From contig JACNJH010000134.1 of NCBI GenBank assembly GCA_014382665.1, forward strand, positions 21,103 to 85,102: 64,000 nucleotides of DNA. The letters are read 5' to 3'. Position numbers and translations under genes: made by a program. Shown here in pieces: positions 9,801 to 18,055 of the stretch (position 1 is the stretch's first letter; the number at the start of each line of letters is the position of its first letter). The notes under the pieces were generated by a model, which saw only the letters and a program-made list of their open reading frames with translations, was not told where the DNA came from and searched no databases. This DNA is from Candidatus Desulfatibia profunda. Its GTDB lineage: Bacteria; Desulfobacterota; Desulfobacteria; Desulfobacterales; UBA11574.

Positions 9801-10378
9801 TGATGACTTCGGTAAGTACGGAACGAAATGACGAAAAATTCTCCGGAAATGAATTGGATGAACCGATTCCCGTCAATGAGTCGGTTGAGCCGAATGCGGA
9901 AGGGAGTAAAGGATCTCCGAAGGAAATAGAACCTAAAGACCCTGAAAAAAAATATAAAGGCAAAAGAAAGTTGTTTGTATATGCAGCGATCGGGCTATGT
10001 TTTCTGGCCGGAGCGGTATATTATTACCGGAACAATAAAAAAGATGAACCGTCCCGAATCGATAGATTATCGGCGCAGCCGGGCAGTTTACTTATATTTG
10101 ATTCGTTTGTGATTCCTTTTAATGGTCATAGTGAATTTACCTATATATCTTTAAGTGTTTCCTTTAAGGTGCCAAACAATGAAGTAGAGAAGGAAATGAA
10201 GGGAAAGAGGGATCGGCTTAGAGGGGTCTTATACGAAATGTTGAAAGAGGAGATAAACAGGACAGCCGAAGTTCCCGCGCTTGAAAAACTAAAGGAATAC
10301 ATTATTAAGAGAGTCAATCAGCTCTTGTCAACCGGCAAGGTTACCGAGGCGTATATAATGGATTTTCTGGCTGTATAA
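9797..10378 (+). CDS. FliL-like membrane protein (second FliL paralogue)
   Basis: One TM helix after an acidic N-terminus. The C-terminal half resembles FliL (...FTYISLSVSFKV...LKEYIIKRVNQLLSTGKVTEAYIMDFLAV). Confidence 0.55.
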   Translation: MMMTSVSTERNDEKFSGNELDEPIPVNESVEPNAEGSKGSPKEIEPKDPEKKYKGKRKLFVYAAIGLCFLAGAVYYYRNNKKDEPSRIDRLSAQPGSLLIFDSFVIPFNGHSEFTYISLSVSFKVPNNEVEKEMKGKRDRLRGVLYEMLKEEINRTAEVPALEKLKEYIIKRVNQLLSTGKVTEAYIMDFLAV

Positions 10379-10379
10379 C

Positions 10380-10405
10380 CCTAATTGAGTTAAAACTCAA
10401 TTAGG
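10380..10405 (+). terminator. Perfect 10-bp hairpin directly after the FliL-like gene (CCTAATTGAG-N6-CTCAATTAGG)
   Basis: The inverted repeat was read directly from the sequence. There is no strong T-run after it, so terminator function is uncertain. Confidence 0.3.
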
Positions 10406-10513
10406 TGTTATTCGTTATTGGTTATCCGTTATCGGTTTTAGGGTGAAAAATTAATACCCTTTTTCCCGATTAAAGCATAACGAGTAACAAATAACTTTAA
10501 ATTGGAGGAAAAG

Positions 10514-10819
10514 ATGGCAAGCGCAACCGATATGAATATTATCCTAGGTCAGGGGACTGCGATAAAAGAAGTGCATAATGTCAAGAAGCAGAGCCTGGAA
10601 TTAAATCAACATGTTGTGGCGCAAAAGACCGAGGATCAGAAAAAAGAGGATAAAGTAAAGGTCCAGAAATTTGAAGACAGCAGCAAGATCGAAAAAGAAA
10701 GTGATGAAGAGAAAAGCAGGAAGAAGGATCAGCAAGATAATAAGAAGGGTGCCTGCGCGCAAGAGTCAGAAAATGAATTCAAAATGTCGGAAGGCAATCT
10801 CATAGACATTACGGTATAA
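10514..10819 (+). CDS. K/E-rich hypothetical protein in the flagellar cluster
   Basis: The ATG at 10514 lies 5 nt after GGAGGA. 101 aa, highly charged and low in complexity. I recognise no family. Confidence 0.45.
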   Translation: MASATDMNIILGQGTAIKEVHNVKKQSLELNQHVVAQKTEDQKKEDKVKVQKFEDSSKIEKESDEEKSRKKDQQDNKKGACAQESENEFKMSEGNLIDITV

Positions 10820-10821
10820 AT

Positions 10822-11310
10822 ATGACAATCATCGACTTAAAGCTGCTAATTTTTGTACAAATATGCATGGATATCGCTATTATTGCGGTTTTTATTTTTT
10901 TGGTCAAAAGACTTGCAACAGTCAATAGGGATTCATCTTTAAATAACGGGCTGAAAATATTTGAATCCGTTTTGGCTGATGCCGAAAAAACGGCCGCCCA
11001 ATTCAACCAACAGCTGGAAGAAAAAAATCATCTGATAAATAAACTTAACAAACAGATGGACAAGAAGATAATGAGCATCAATGTACTTTTAAACAGGGCT
11101 GATGCCTTGCTCTCGAATCATTTGCATAGCGCTGATGCTCAAGACCAGCGGGTTTTACCTAACAATCAAGAAAAAAAGATCATAAAGTTGGCAGAAGAAG
11201 GCTATGATTTAGAGACTATCGCAGATACCCTTTCAATTCCCAAGGGGGAAGTGATGCTGGTTTTGGATTTAAAGAAAAAAATTGAAAAGTTACAAGAAGG
11301 TGTGTCTTGA
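10822..11310 (+). CDS. Membrane-anchored coiled-coil protein with a C-terminal HTH-like segment (DUF2802-like)
   Basis: N-terminal TM helix, a central coiled coil, and a C-terminal KIIKLAEEGYDLETIADTLSIPKGEVMLVLDL. This resembles the DUF2802 proteins of flagellar clusters; the call is from memory only. Confidence 0.45.
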   Translation: MTIIDLKLLIFVQICMDIAIIAVFIFLVKRLATVNRDSSLNNGLKIFESVLADAEKTAAQFNQQLEEKNHLINKLNKQMDKKIMSINVLLNRADALLSNHLHSADAQDQRVLPNNQEKKIIKLAEEGYDLETIADTLSIPKGEVMLVLDLKKKIEKLQEGVS

Positions 11311-12389
11311 TAGAAATCAACCAGTTATCATCTCCAGCCTCCAAAATCGCTTTACAGTCTGAAGACAGCGTTTCATCCCTTCCTAAATTTATCAAGAATG
11401 AGGTTGTTAATGGCAAAGTACTCAAAACAACTTCCCCAAGCGACGCCCTGCTGCTGATAAAAGGAATAAGAGTTACGGCTAAAACCCATCTGCCGTTAAG
11501 AGAAGGGGCTGGTCTGCTTCTGAAAGTTGAAGAAATATTCCCCCTTCCGATTCTTAAAGTGATAGGACCTCAATTTGGTTGTCATGCTGCTGTAAATGTA
11601 TCGGCGATACTATGTGCGATGAAGGAAAATTTGTGGAAATCAACGCTAGAATATTTTAAACAAAGTGAATTGTCCAAAGAAGATGCATTCTTGTTTCGGA
11701 AATTGATGCAAGATGTATCGATGAGACTTTTTAAGAAACCCACCCCGGAACTCCTAAAGGCCTTTATTGATAAATCAGGGCTTAGCTGGGAGAAGAAGCT
11801 TAAAGAAATATGCCTTCAAAAACAAATTGGAGCAGATGGCATCAATAGACTGATCGCCGAGGATCTAAAGGGCTTGGGTTCCAAATTAATTTCTTTGAGT
11901 GCAGAAAAGGAAGTTCTTTTAAACAGGTTCGTATCCGCCATAACAAATATCCAGGTACTTAACCATTTCGGGCTCGAGCAGGACGGAAAAATATTTTTGC
12001 CTATCCCGATTCAATTCCCTAACGGTCTTTTTACAATCGGCCAACTGTTAATCCGTCCATATCAGGAGAAGGAGGGTGAACATGGGAAAAAAGAAAATGA
12101 TCGGTCTTTTTATCGGATAAGCTTTTTGCTGGAATTGTCAAACCTCGGGCCACTCAGGGCCGATCTTACTATCAGGGAAAAAGAGATTGATGGCAGGTTT
12201 TTGCTGTCTAATGCAGCAGGGAAACTGCTCGTTGAAAAGAATCTGCCATTTTTGATCAAAACCCTGACAGAAAGCGGTTTTTCCATTTGCCAGATGGAGT
12301 GCCATCTGAAGAAGGATGAAATCGTAACACAGTCTCTTATAAAAGAAATTATTCAAGAGGAAGGTTGTACCGTCAGCCTGATGGCCTAG
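11307..12389 (+). CDS. FliK-like hook-length control protein
   Basis: The C-terminal segment LELSNLGPLRADLTIREKEIDGRFLLSNAAGKLLVEKNLPFLIKTLTESGF resembles the Flg_hook/FliK C-domain. The gene is followed by an FlhB-C-like gene. It has a TTG start overlapping the upstream stop. Confidence 0.6.
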   Translation: MIEINQLSSPASKIALQSEDSVSSLPKFIKNEVVNGKVLKTTSPSDALLLIKGIRVTAKTHLPLREGAGLLLKVEEIFPLPILKVIGPQFGCHAAVNVSAILCAMKENLWKSTLEYFKQSELSKEDAFLFRKLMQDVSMRLFKKPTPELLKAFIDKSGLSWEKKLKEICLQKQIGADGINRLIAEDLKGLGSKLISLSAEKEVLLNRFVSAITNIQVLNHFGLEQDGKIFLPIPIQFPNGLFTIGQLLIRPYQEKEGEHGKKENDRSFYRISFLLELSNLGPLRADLTIREKEIDGRFLLSNAAGKLLVEKNLPFLIKTLTESGFSICQMECHLKKDEIVTQSLIKEIIQEEGCTVSLMA

Positions 12390-12416
12390 CCCGGACAAGC
12401 CGGAAGCAAAATATAA

Positions 12417-12489
12417 TTGCCACCAAGGCACAAAGACACAAAGGATATATTTATTATTCTTTCTTTGTGCCTTGGTGTCTTGGTGGCAA
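12417..12489. repeat. Imperfect hairpin repeat built from 8-nt units (GCCACCAAG-GCACAAAG-ACACAAAG ... CTTTGTGC-CTTGGTGT-CTTGGTGGC)
   Basis: Read directly from the sequence. 12417-12448 is the exact reverse complement of 50106-50137 (32 nt). Confidence 0.8.
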
Positions 12490-12537
12490 TAAGAAAAGTG
12501 TTAACACAAAAGAAATTAATTAACACTAAAGGTCTAA

Positions 12538-12813
12538 ATGAAAAGAGTCAAAAAAAATAGGGCGGTGGCTTTAAAATACCGGCCCGGGACAGATCATGCC
12601 CCTAGGATCATGGCCAAGGGTCAGGGCAATATCGCTGAGAGAATCATCGAGATTGCCAGGGAGCATAATATATATATACACACCGACCCTGATCTCATCG
12701 AGATTTTATCACAGCTCGATTTGAATGCAGCGATCTCCCCGGATCTTTATGTGGTTGTCGCTGAATTGCTGGCCTTTGTATATTCTCTAAATAGCGGCAA
12801 AAAGTTCCCCTAG
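12538..12813 (+). CDS. Stand-alone FlhB C-terminal-domain-like protein (FlhX/YlqH type)
   Basis: 91 aa. AVALKYRPGTDHAPRIMAKGQGNIAERIIEIAREHNIYIHTDPDL...LYVVVAELLAFVY aligns with the FlhB-CC subdomain, starting just after the NPTH position. Confidence 0.85.
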   Translation: MKRVKKNRAVALKYRPGTDHAPRIMAKGQGNIAERIIEIAREHNIYIHTDPDLIEILSQLDLNAAISPDLYVVVAELLAFVYSLNSGKKFP

Positions 12814-13034
12814 GCATTTTTTTCCTTGAAACGCTCGAGACATTTTTTCCTTTAGTATATTTGATGAATCCGAAGAACATCGAATTCATCACGTTTTAGG
12901 CTTTAAGTGCTAAATATTAAGTTGCAAATTTAGGCATTATTAACAGATAGTTAAATCTCAAAAGCCGTCACTTAAAAAATTAGTTCAACGTTTAAGTATT
13001 TTGCCTTTTAAGAAATCACGATGTTTATTCTTGT

Positions 13035-13049
13035 TGGCATTAATATTGC
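13035..13049 (+). promoter_or_regulatory. Sigma-54 promoter (-24/-12) upstream of flgF: TGGCAT-TAATA-TTGC
   Basis: Perfect GG-N10-GC geometry, about 45 nt upstream of the flgF ATG and its AAGGAG RBS. Confidence 0.65.
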
Positions 13050-13094
13050 TTAAATAAAGACTGAATTCAGTGCTAAACACAAGGAGCCCGGAAG

Positions 13095-13781
13095 ATGATA
13101 TCAGGGATCTATGAATTGATTGACGGCTGTTTGGTTCAGCAGTTAAGATTTGAGACCATTTCTAATAATCTTGCCAACCTGAATACGAACGGTTTTAGGA
13201 AAGATGCCATTTCTTTTAATCAGGCACTTTCTATGAACTATTATTCTGAAACCGACTTTACCCCGGGTCCTGTCAGACATACAGGAAACGAGCTTGATGT
13301 GGCCTTGGAGGGTAAGGGCTTTTTCAAAATCCAGACTCCCAAAGGGATACGGTACACAAGGGACGGTGCATTCAGCATCAATGCGGAAGGTGTTCTAGTA
13401 ACGCATACTGGTGATGCCGTACTGGGCCAAAATGGACCTATCACGATCAATGGGGGCAAGGTAACCATTCAAACTGATGGTCAGGTCTTAGCAAACGGCC
13501 AGCCTGTGGACCAGTTGAGGATCGTCGATTTTGAAAAGCCTCAGCTTCTTGCCAAAGAAGGGGGTTCCTATTACGCTCATCAAGGAAAAGAAAGTGAAAT
13601 TGTCACAGCCGAGGAAGCCAATATTAAGCAGAGTTATATAGAGGGTTCCAATGTCAATCCAACCGAGGAGATGATCAAGATGCTGGAGGCCTTCAGGTCC
13701 TTTGAATCGGCCCAGAAGGCCATTCAGTCCATAGATGAAATGACCAGCAGAATGGTTAATGATCAGGGTTTACTGCAATAG
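13095..13781 (+). CDS. flgF: Flagellar basal-body rod protein FlgF
   Basis: N-terminal rod motif ISNNLANLNTNGF and a C-terminal SNVNPTEEMIKMLEAFRSFE. Confidence 0.9.
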   Translation: MISGIYELIDGCLVQQLRFETISNNLANLNTNGFRKDAISFNQALSMNYYSETDFTPGPVRHTGNELDVALEGKGFFKIQTPKGIRYTRDGAFSINAEGVLVTHTGDAVLGQNGPITINGGKVTIQTDGQVLANGQPVDQLRIVDFEKPQLLAKEGGSYYAHQGKESEIVTAEEANIKQSYIEGSNVNPTEEMIKMLEAFRSFESAQKAIQSIDEMTSRMVNDQGLLQ

Positions 13782-13795
13782 AGGAGGAAATAATT

Positions 13796-14578
13796 ATGTT
13801 AAGAGGATTGTGGTCAGCGGCATCCGGAATGGCAGCCCAGAAAATGACCATTGATGTTATTGCGAACAACCTGGCCAATGTAAATACAAACGGTTTTAAA
13901 AAGAGCAGGACCGATTTTCAGGACTTGATGTATCAGACCGTCAGTCAGGCCGGTTCCAGAACATCGAGCGGCGGTCAGGTGCCGACGGGAATTCAAATTG
14001 GCATGGGTACCATGCCGGTCGGGGTCCAGAAAATGTTCATGCAGGGCGATTTTCAGGAGACCAAAGAGGATCTGCACCTGGCTATTGAGGGCCGGGGATT
14101 TTTTAAAGTGCTCAGCAATGAAGAGGAGGCCTATACCCGGGCGGGCAATTTTAAATTGGATGCGGACGGCAACATCGTTACGCCCAGTGGCGATAAATTG
14201 CAACCTGAGATGAGCATACCGGCAAATACGATCTCTGTTAAAATCGGTAGCGACGGGACGGTAACTACCTTTGATAACACCAATGTCGGGACCTCGATCG
14301 GAACTTTAGAATTGTATTCGTTTCCCAACCCTGCGGGCCTTAAAAGTATGGGGCACAATCTGTACAAAGCTACAGACGCTTCAGGAGAAGCCGTTTCCGG
14401 CGCACCGGGTGCTGATGGCATCGGAACTGTAGTTCAAGGGTATCTGGAAGTTTCCAATGTGGATGTCGTCGAAGAAATGGTTGCCATGATTATGGCCCAG
14501 AGGGCCTACGAGATTAACAGCAAGGCCATCAAAACAGCCGATGACATGATGTCCATCGTCAATAATATTAAGAGGTAG
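13796..14578 (+). CDS. flgG: Flagellar distal rod protein FlgG
   Basis: 260 aa with IANNLANVNTNGFK and a C-terminal LEVSNVDVVEEMVAMIMAQRAYEINSK. Confidence 0.95.
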   Translation: MLRGLWSAASGMAAQKMTIDVIANNLANVNTNGFKKSRTDFQDLMYQTVSQAGSRTSSGGQVPTGIQIGMGTMPVGVQKMFMQGDFQETKEDLHLAIEGRGFFKVLSNEEEAYTRAGNFKLDADGNIVTPSGDKLQPEMSIPANTISVKIGSDGTVTTFDNTNVGTSIGTLELYSFPNPAGLKSMGHNLYKATDASGEAVSGAPGADGIGTVVQGYLEVSNVDVVEEMVAMIMAQRAYEINSKAIKTADDMMSIVNNIKR

Positions 14579-14583
14579 CTGTC

Positions 14584-15339
14584 ATGGTTAAAACTGCCCG
14601 TCTAATGATCGTGCTGCTTTGCTTTTTGGCGGTTTGCTTTCCGGCCAAGGCCGAAACTGCTTCCGGCAAGAATAATCAAGCAGCAGAGCTTCAAAATAGT
14701 CAATCCATTCCGGAGAGTGAGTTTCGAGAAGCCTTTGCGCAATATCTTTGCCGCCGTCTGGGGAAAGCAAAATCTGATGTGGTTGTATCTGAATTTGATG
14801 TTGACGGCAACAAACCGGTTCCTAACGGAACGGTTGGTTTTCAGCTCTTTCAAAAGGGTCGGAGCAGAATTGAAGGCTACGTAAGAATAGTTGCTTTGAT
14901 CAGCGTGAACGGAGTCGTCAGAAATAAGGTGAACCTTTCGGGCAGGGTGGATGTATTTGAATCGGTGGTTTGTACCTCTAAAAATCTTAAGAGGGGAGAG
15001 GCCATTAACGCGGGTGACGTTTATTTAGCAAGAAAAAATGTCTCGTACAAACCTTCAGACTATGTAACCGATATTAGCAAGGTGACCGGGCTTATGGCAA
15101 AACACAGCATAAAGGCCAATACTTTTACTAAAGAATGGATGTTGGAAAAATTCCCGGTGGTCGCCAAAGGTGATCTGGTCACAATTTTAGCGGAGTCAAG
15201 CAGCCTTAGGATAACCGTGCCCGGAAGGATTTTAATGAATGGTTACTCGGGCGAGCTTGTCAAGGTCGAAAACCTGATGAGCAAGAAGGAGATCTACGCA
15301 AAGGTCGTTAACACTTCAACTGTAACGGTAGATTTTTAG
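14584..15339 (+). CDS. flgA: P-ring assembly chaperone FlgA
   Basis: Signal peptide plus SAF/ChapFlgA-type C-terminal half (KRGEAINAGDV..., VAKGDLVTIL..., ELVKVENLMSKKEIYAKV). Confidence 0.85.
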   Translation: MVKTARLMIVLLCFLAVCFPAKAETASGKNNQAAELQNSQSIPESEFREAFAQYLCRRLGKAKSDVVVSEFDVDGNKPVPNGTVGFQLFQKGRSRIEGYVRIVALISVNGVVRNKVNLSGRVDVFESVVCTSKNLKRGEAINAGDVYLARKNVSYKPSDYVTDISKVTGLMAKHSIKANTFTKEWMLEKFPVVAKGDLVTILAESSSLRITVPGRILMNGYSGELVKVENLMSKKEIYAKVVNTSTVTVDF

Positions 15340-15353
15340 AAAAGGAGAAAATA

Positions 15354-16070
15354 GTGGCTGCCAGGAAATATTTACTTTTAGTCATCGCAGTTATTTTCTT
15401 AACCGGCTGTGCCGGTTTGCCGAAAAACACTTCCGGTCCAGTTGGAGTCAATAAGCCTCCCGAGCCCGAATTCCCGGAGATTGTCGCTCCCCGGACAGCG
15501 GAAGGATCATTGTGGTCGGATGTTTCAGGGGTCGACCTGTTTCAGGACAGAAGCGCCAGAAACGTGGGAGATATTGTCACCGTTCGGGTTGTGGAGGATC
15601 CGGAAGCGAAACTGAATGCCAATACCAAAACGAGCCGAACATCGAGTGTCGATGCGGGCAAACTGAAGTTTCTGGGTTATATGAAGGCCCTGGCGGAAAA
15701 GAACTCGAGACTCGCCCAGGATCCGGGTAAGGATGATTTGATCCTGGCATCTTTAGGCATGAAATTTGACGGTCAAGGCAGCAGTGACCGGGACGGCCAT
15801 GTCAAGGCATATATTGCGGCCGTGGTGGAAAAGGTTTTTCCCAACGGGAATCTTTATATCAACGGCAAAAGAGAGATCAAGGTCAATAATGAAACGCAGT
15901 ACCTAACGTTTTCGGGCATCATAAGGCCGGAGGATATCAGCTCAACGAATGAAATATCTTCCACGTATGTGGCTTCCGCCAAGATAACGTACGCAGGTCA
16001 AGGCCCCGTAGCAGACAAACAAAAACCGGGCTGGTTAGGGAGGGTAGTTGATTATGTCTGGCCGTTTTAG
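15354..16070 (+). CDS. flgH: Flagellar L-ring lipoprotein FlgH
   Basis: Lipobox LTGCAG. Conserved motifs SLWSD...LFQDRSARNVGDIVTV and NGNLYINGKREIKVNNE. GTG start. Confidence 0.93.
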   Translation: MAARKYLLLVIAVIFLTGCAGLPKNTSGPVGVNKPPEPEFPEIVAPRTAEGSLWSDVSGVDLFQDRSARNVGDIVTVRVVEDPEAKLNANTKTSRTSSVDAGKLKFLGYMKALAEKNSRLAQDPGKDDLILASLGMKFDGQGSSDRDGHVKAYIAAVVEKVFPNGNLYINGKREIKVNNETQYLTFSGIIRPEDISSTNEISSTYVASAKITYAGQGPVADKQKPGWLGRVVDYVWPF

Positions 16071-17220
16071 ATTTTATTTACTGACGATGTTGCTGTTAAG
16101 TTTTGTTTTGCCCGCCAGAGGGATCCCGGCGAGGATAAAGGATATCGCTTCGATCAAAGGTATCCGGTCCAATCAGTTGTTCGGCTATGGTCTGGTCATG
16201 GGCTTAAATGGCAGTGGTGACAAGGGAGGGACAAGTTTTACTATCCAGGGCCTGGTCAACATGCTGGAACACATGGGAGTCCATGTCGGTGCCGATGATG
16301 TTAAAGTTAGCAATGTGGCGGCCGTGATGGTGAGCGCAACGCTGCCGCCGTTTGCGCGAGTAGGCAAAAAAATCGACATAACGTTATCCTCTATCGGCGA
16401 TGCCAAAAGCCTGCAGGGGGGTACTTTACTGCTGACGCCTCTGAAAGGGGTTGACGGTAAGGTCTACGCTCTAGCCCAAGGGGCGATATCCATTGGCGGT
16501 TTTTCGGCGGGTGGGGGCGCCGGAGGCGGTGTCACCAAAAATCATCCCACGGTGGGAAGGATCAGTGGCGGGGCGACCATTGAAAGAGAGCTCTCTTTGT
16601 CGATAATGGATAAAAAAGAACTGACAATTATCCTGGATAATGCGGATTTTAATACGGCCAGCCGCATTGCCGATGCCATTAACACGCAATTGGCAGAGAA
16701 TGTTGCCGAGCCGATAGATTCAGGCACTTTAAACTTGAAGATTCCTGAAACGTTTCAAGGCAAGGTGGTTAATCTGATTGCTCAAATCGGCGATCTCGAG
16801 GTCACACCGGATTCCATCGCCAAAGTGATCGTTAACGAAAAGACGGGTACCGTTGTGATTGGAGAAAATGTCAGGATCCAAAAAGTTGCTGTTGCCCATG
16901 GTAATTTGAGCATTCAGATAAAAGAGACCCAAGAGGTATCACAACCGCTGCCCTTTTCACCTTCAGGTGATGGAACTGCTCCCACCCAAACAGAGGGAGG
17001 TACTATCGTCGCGCCGGGCGGGAGTACAATTGTTACTCCGCAGAGTGATGTAAGCGTCGAGGAGGAAAAAAATCAGCTTCTGCTGATACCGGAGGGAAGA
17101 ACCATCGGTGATTTGGTCAATGCCTTAAATGCAATTGGTGTTGGTCCCAGAGATCTTATCACGATTTTGCAGGCTCTGAAGGCGGCCGGTGCCCTTCAGG
17201 GAGAATTGGAAATTTTATAA
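16048..17220 (+). CDS. flgI: Flagellar P-ring protein FlgI
   Basis: Signal peptide, RIKDIASIKGIRSNQLFGYGLVMGLNGSGD, and a C-terminal ALKAAGALQGELEIL. The start is TTG 16048 or ATG 16054. Confidence 0.95.
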   Translation: MIMSGRFRFYLLTMLLLSFVLPARGIPARIKDIASIKGIRSNQLFGYGLVMGLNGSGDKGGTSFTIQGLVNMLEHMGVHVGADDVKVSNVAAVMVSATLPPFARVGKKIDITLSSIGDAKSLQGGTLLLTPLKGVDGKVYALAQGAISIGGFSAGGGAGGGVTKNHPTVGRISGGATIERELSLSIMDKKELTIILDNADFNTASRIADAINTQLAENVAEPIDSGTLNLKIPETFQGKVVNLIAQIGDLEVTPDSIAKVIVNEKTGTVVIGENVRIQKVAVAHGNLSIQIKETQEVSQPLPFSPSGDGTAPTQTEGGTIVAPGGSTIVTPQSDVSVEEEKNQLLLIPEGRTIGDLVNALNAIGVGPRDLITILQALKAAGALQGELEIL

Positions 17221-17233
17221 AAGGAGACATGAC

Positions 17234-17512
17234 ATGTTAAAACCGACGGCAGCAGATCCAGCAACAGCAGCATTGCAAAAAAATGTCTCCGAGGCCAGAC
17301 TCAGAAAAGCCTGCACCGAGTTTGAATCTATTTTCATTACCTATATGTTGAAAACGATGAGGGCTGCCGTTGCCGAGGACGGAGCCCTTGAAAATAGCAA
17401 TGAACGTCAGATTATTCAATCAATGTTTGACGAAAATCTCGCCCTGGGAATTGCTAAAGGCGGCGGTATTGGGCTTGCAGAGATACTTGCTCAGCATCTC
17501 AAAGCGCAATAA
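17234..17512 (+). CDS. flgJ: Rod-binding protein (FlgJ N-terminal domain only, no glycosidase domain)
   Basis: Rod_binding signature ACTEFESIFITYMLKTMR...MFDENLALGIAKGGGIGLAEIL. The ATG at 17234 follows AAGGAG; the ORF is open back to 17189 and overlaps flgI. Confidence 0.8.
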   Translation: MLKPTAADPATAALQKNVSEARLRKACTEFESIFITYMLKTMRAAVAEDGALENSNERQIIQSMFDENLALGIAKGGGIGLAEILAQHLKAQ

Positions 17513-17566
17513 TTGCCCTTCAGCTCATAGCAGGATCTACCGATAAATAGAATAGGGAGTGTATTT

Positions 17567-18052
17567 ATGGAAGCGACTGAAGTTGGTTTGATTGAAAATC
17601 TTTTTTACAAAAAGATCATGCTCTACAATGATCTGCTTTATTATTTTAAGCAGGAAAGAGAGTCTCTGATCAATATCGACTTGGACAAACTTTGGAGTAT
17701 ATCTAAAGAAAAGGAAAAGATATGCACCCAAATAAGTGCCACCAGGCACAAGATCCTTGCGGCCGTTGACTTGCAGGAAGATGAAAAATCTTTTAATCTT
17801 AGCCGGATAATGAATTTGATTCCCAGAGAATTACGGGCCGATTTTCAAAAGCTATACCTGAGGCTTATCAAATTAAAAAGCGAGATTGAGTTTTTGAGAA
17901 AAGAAAACACGGCCTTTATCGACGATTCTTTGCAGTTTCTGGATGAAATGATATCGATTATAACCGGCGGTGACAAATCCGAGATCGCATACAATCACAA
18001 ATGTCATTTTAGAAAATCGAGCCCCTATTTTCTTTTGAGCCGAGAGGTATAA
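17567..18052 (+). CDS. FlgN-like export chaperone
   Basis: 161 aa helical protein immediately upstream of flgK. Its N-terminal pattern (LIENLFYKKIMLYNDLLYYFKQERESLINIDLDKL) fits the FlgN family; the call is from memory only. Confidence 0.5.
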   Translation: MEATEVGLIENLFYKKIMLYNDLLYYFKQERESLINIDLDKLWSISKEKEKICTQISATRHKILAAVDLQEDEKSFNLSRIMNLIPRELRADFQKLYLRLIKLKSEIEFLRKENTAFIDDSLQFLDEMISIITGGDKSEIAYNHKCHFRKSSPYFLLSREV

Positions 18053-18055
18053 GCC

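Noticed and set aside
17539-17546. ACCGATAA, resembling the sigma-28 -10 box GCCGATAA, upstream of the flgN-like gene.
   Set aside because: There is no TAAA-type -35 box at the required 15-nt spacing. It lies only about 20 nt from the start codon, which is too weak to call.
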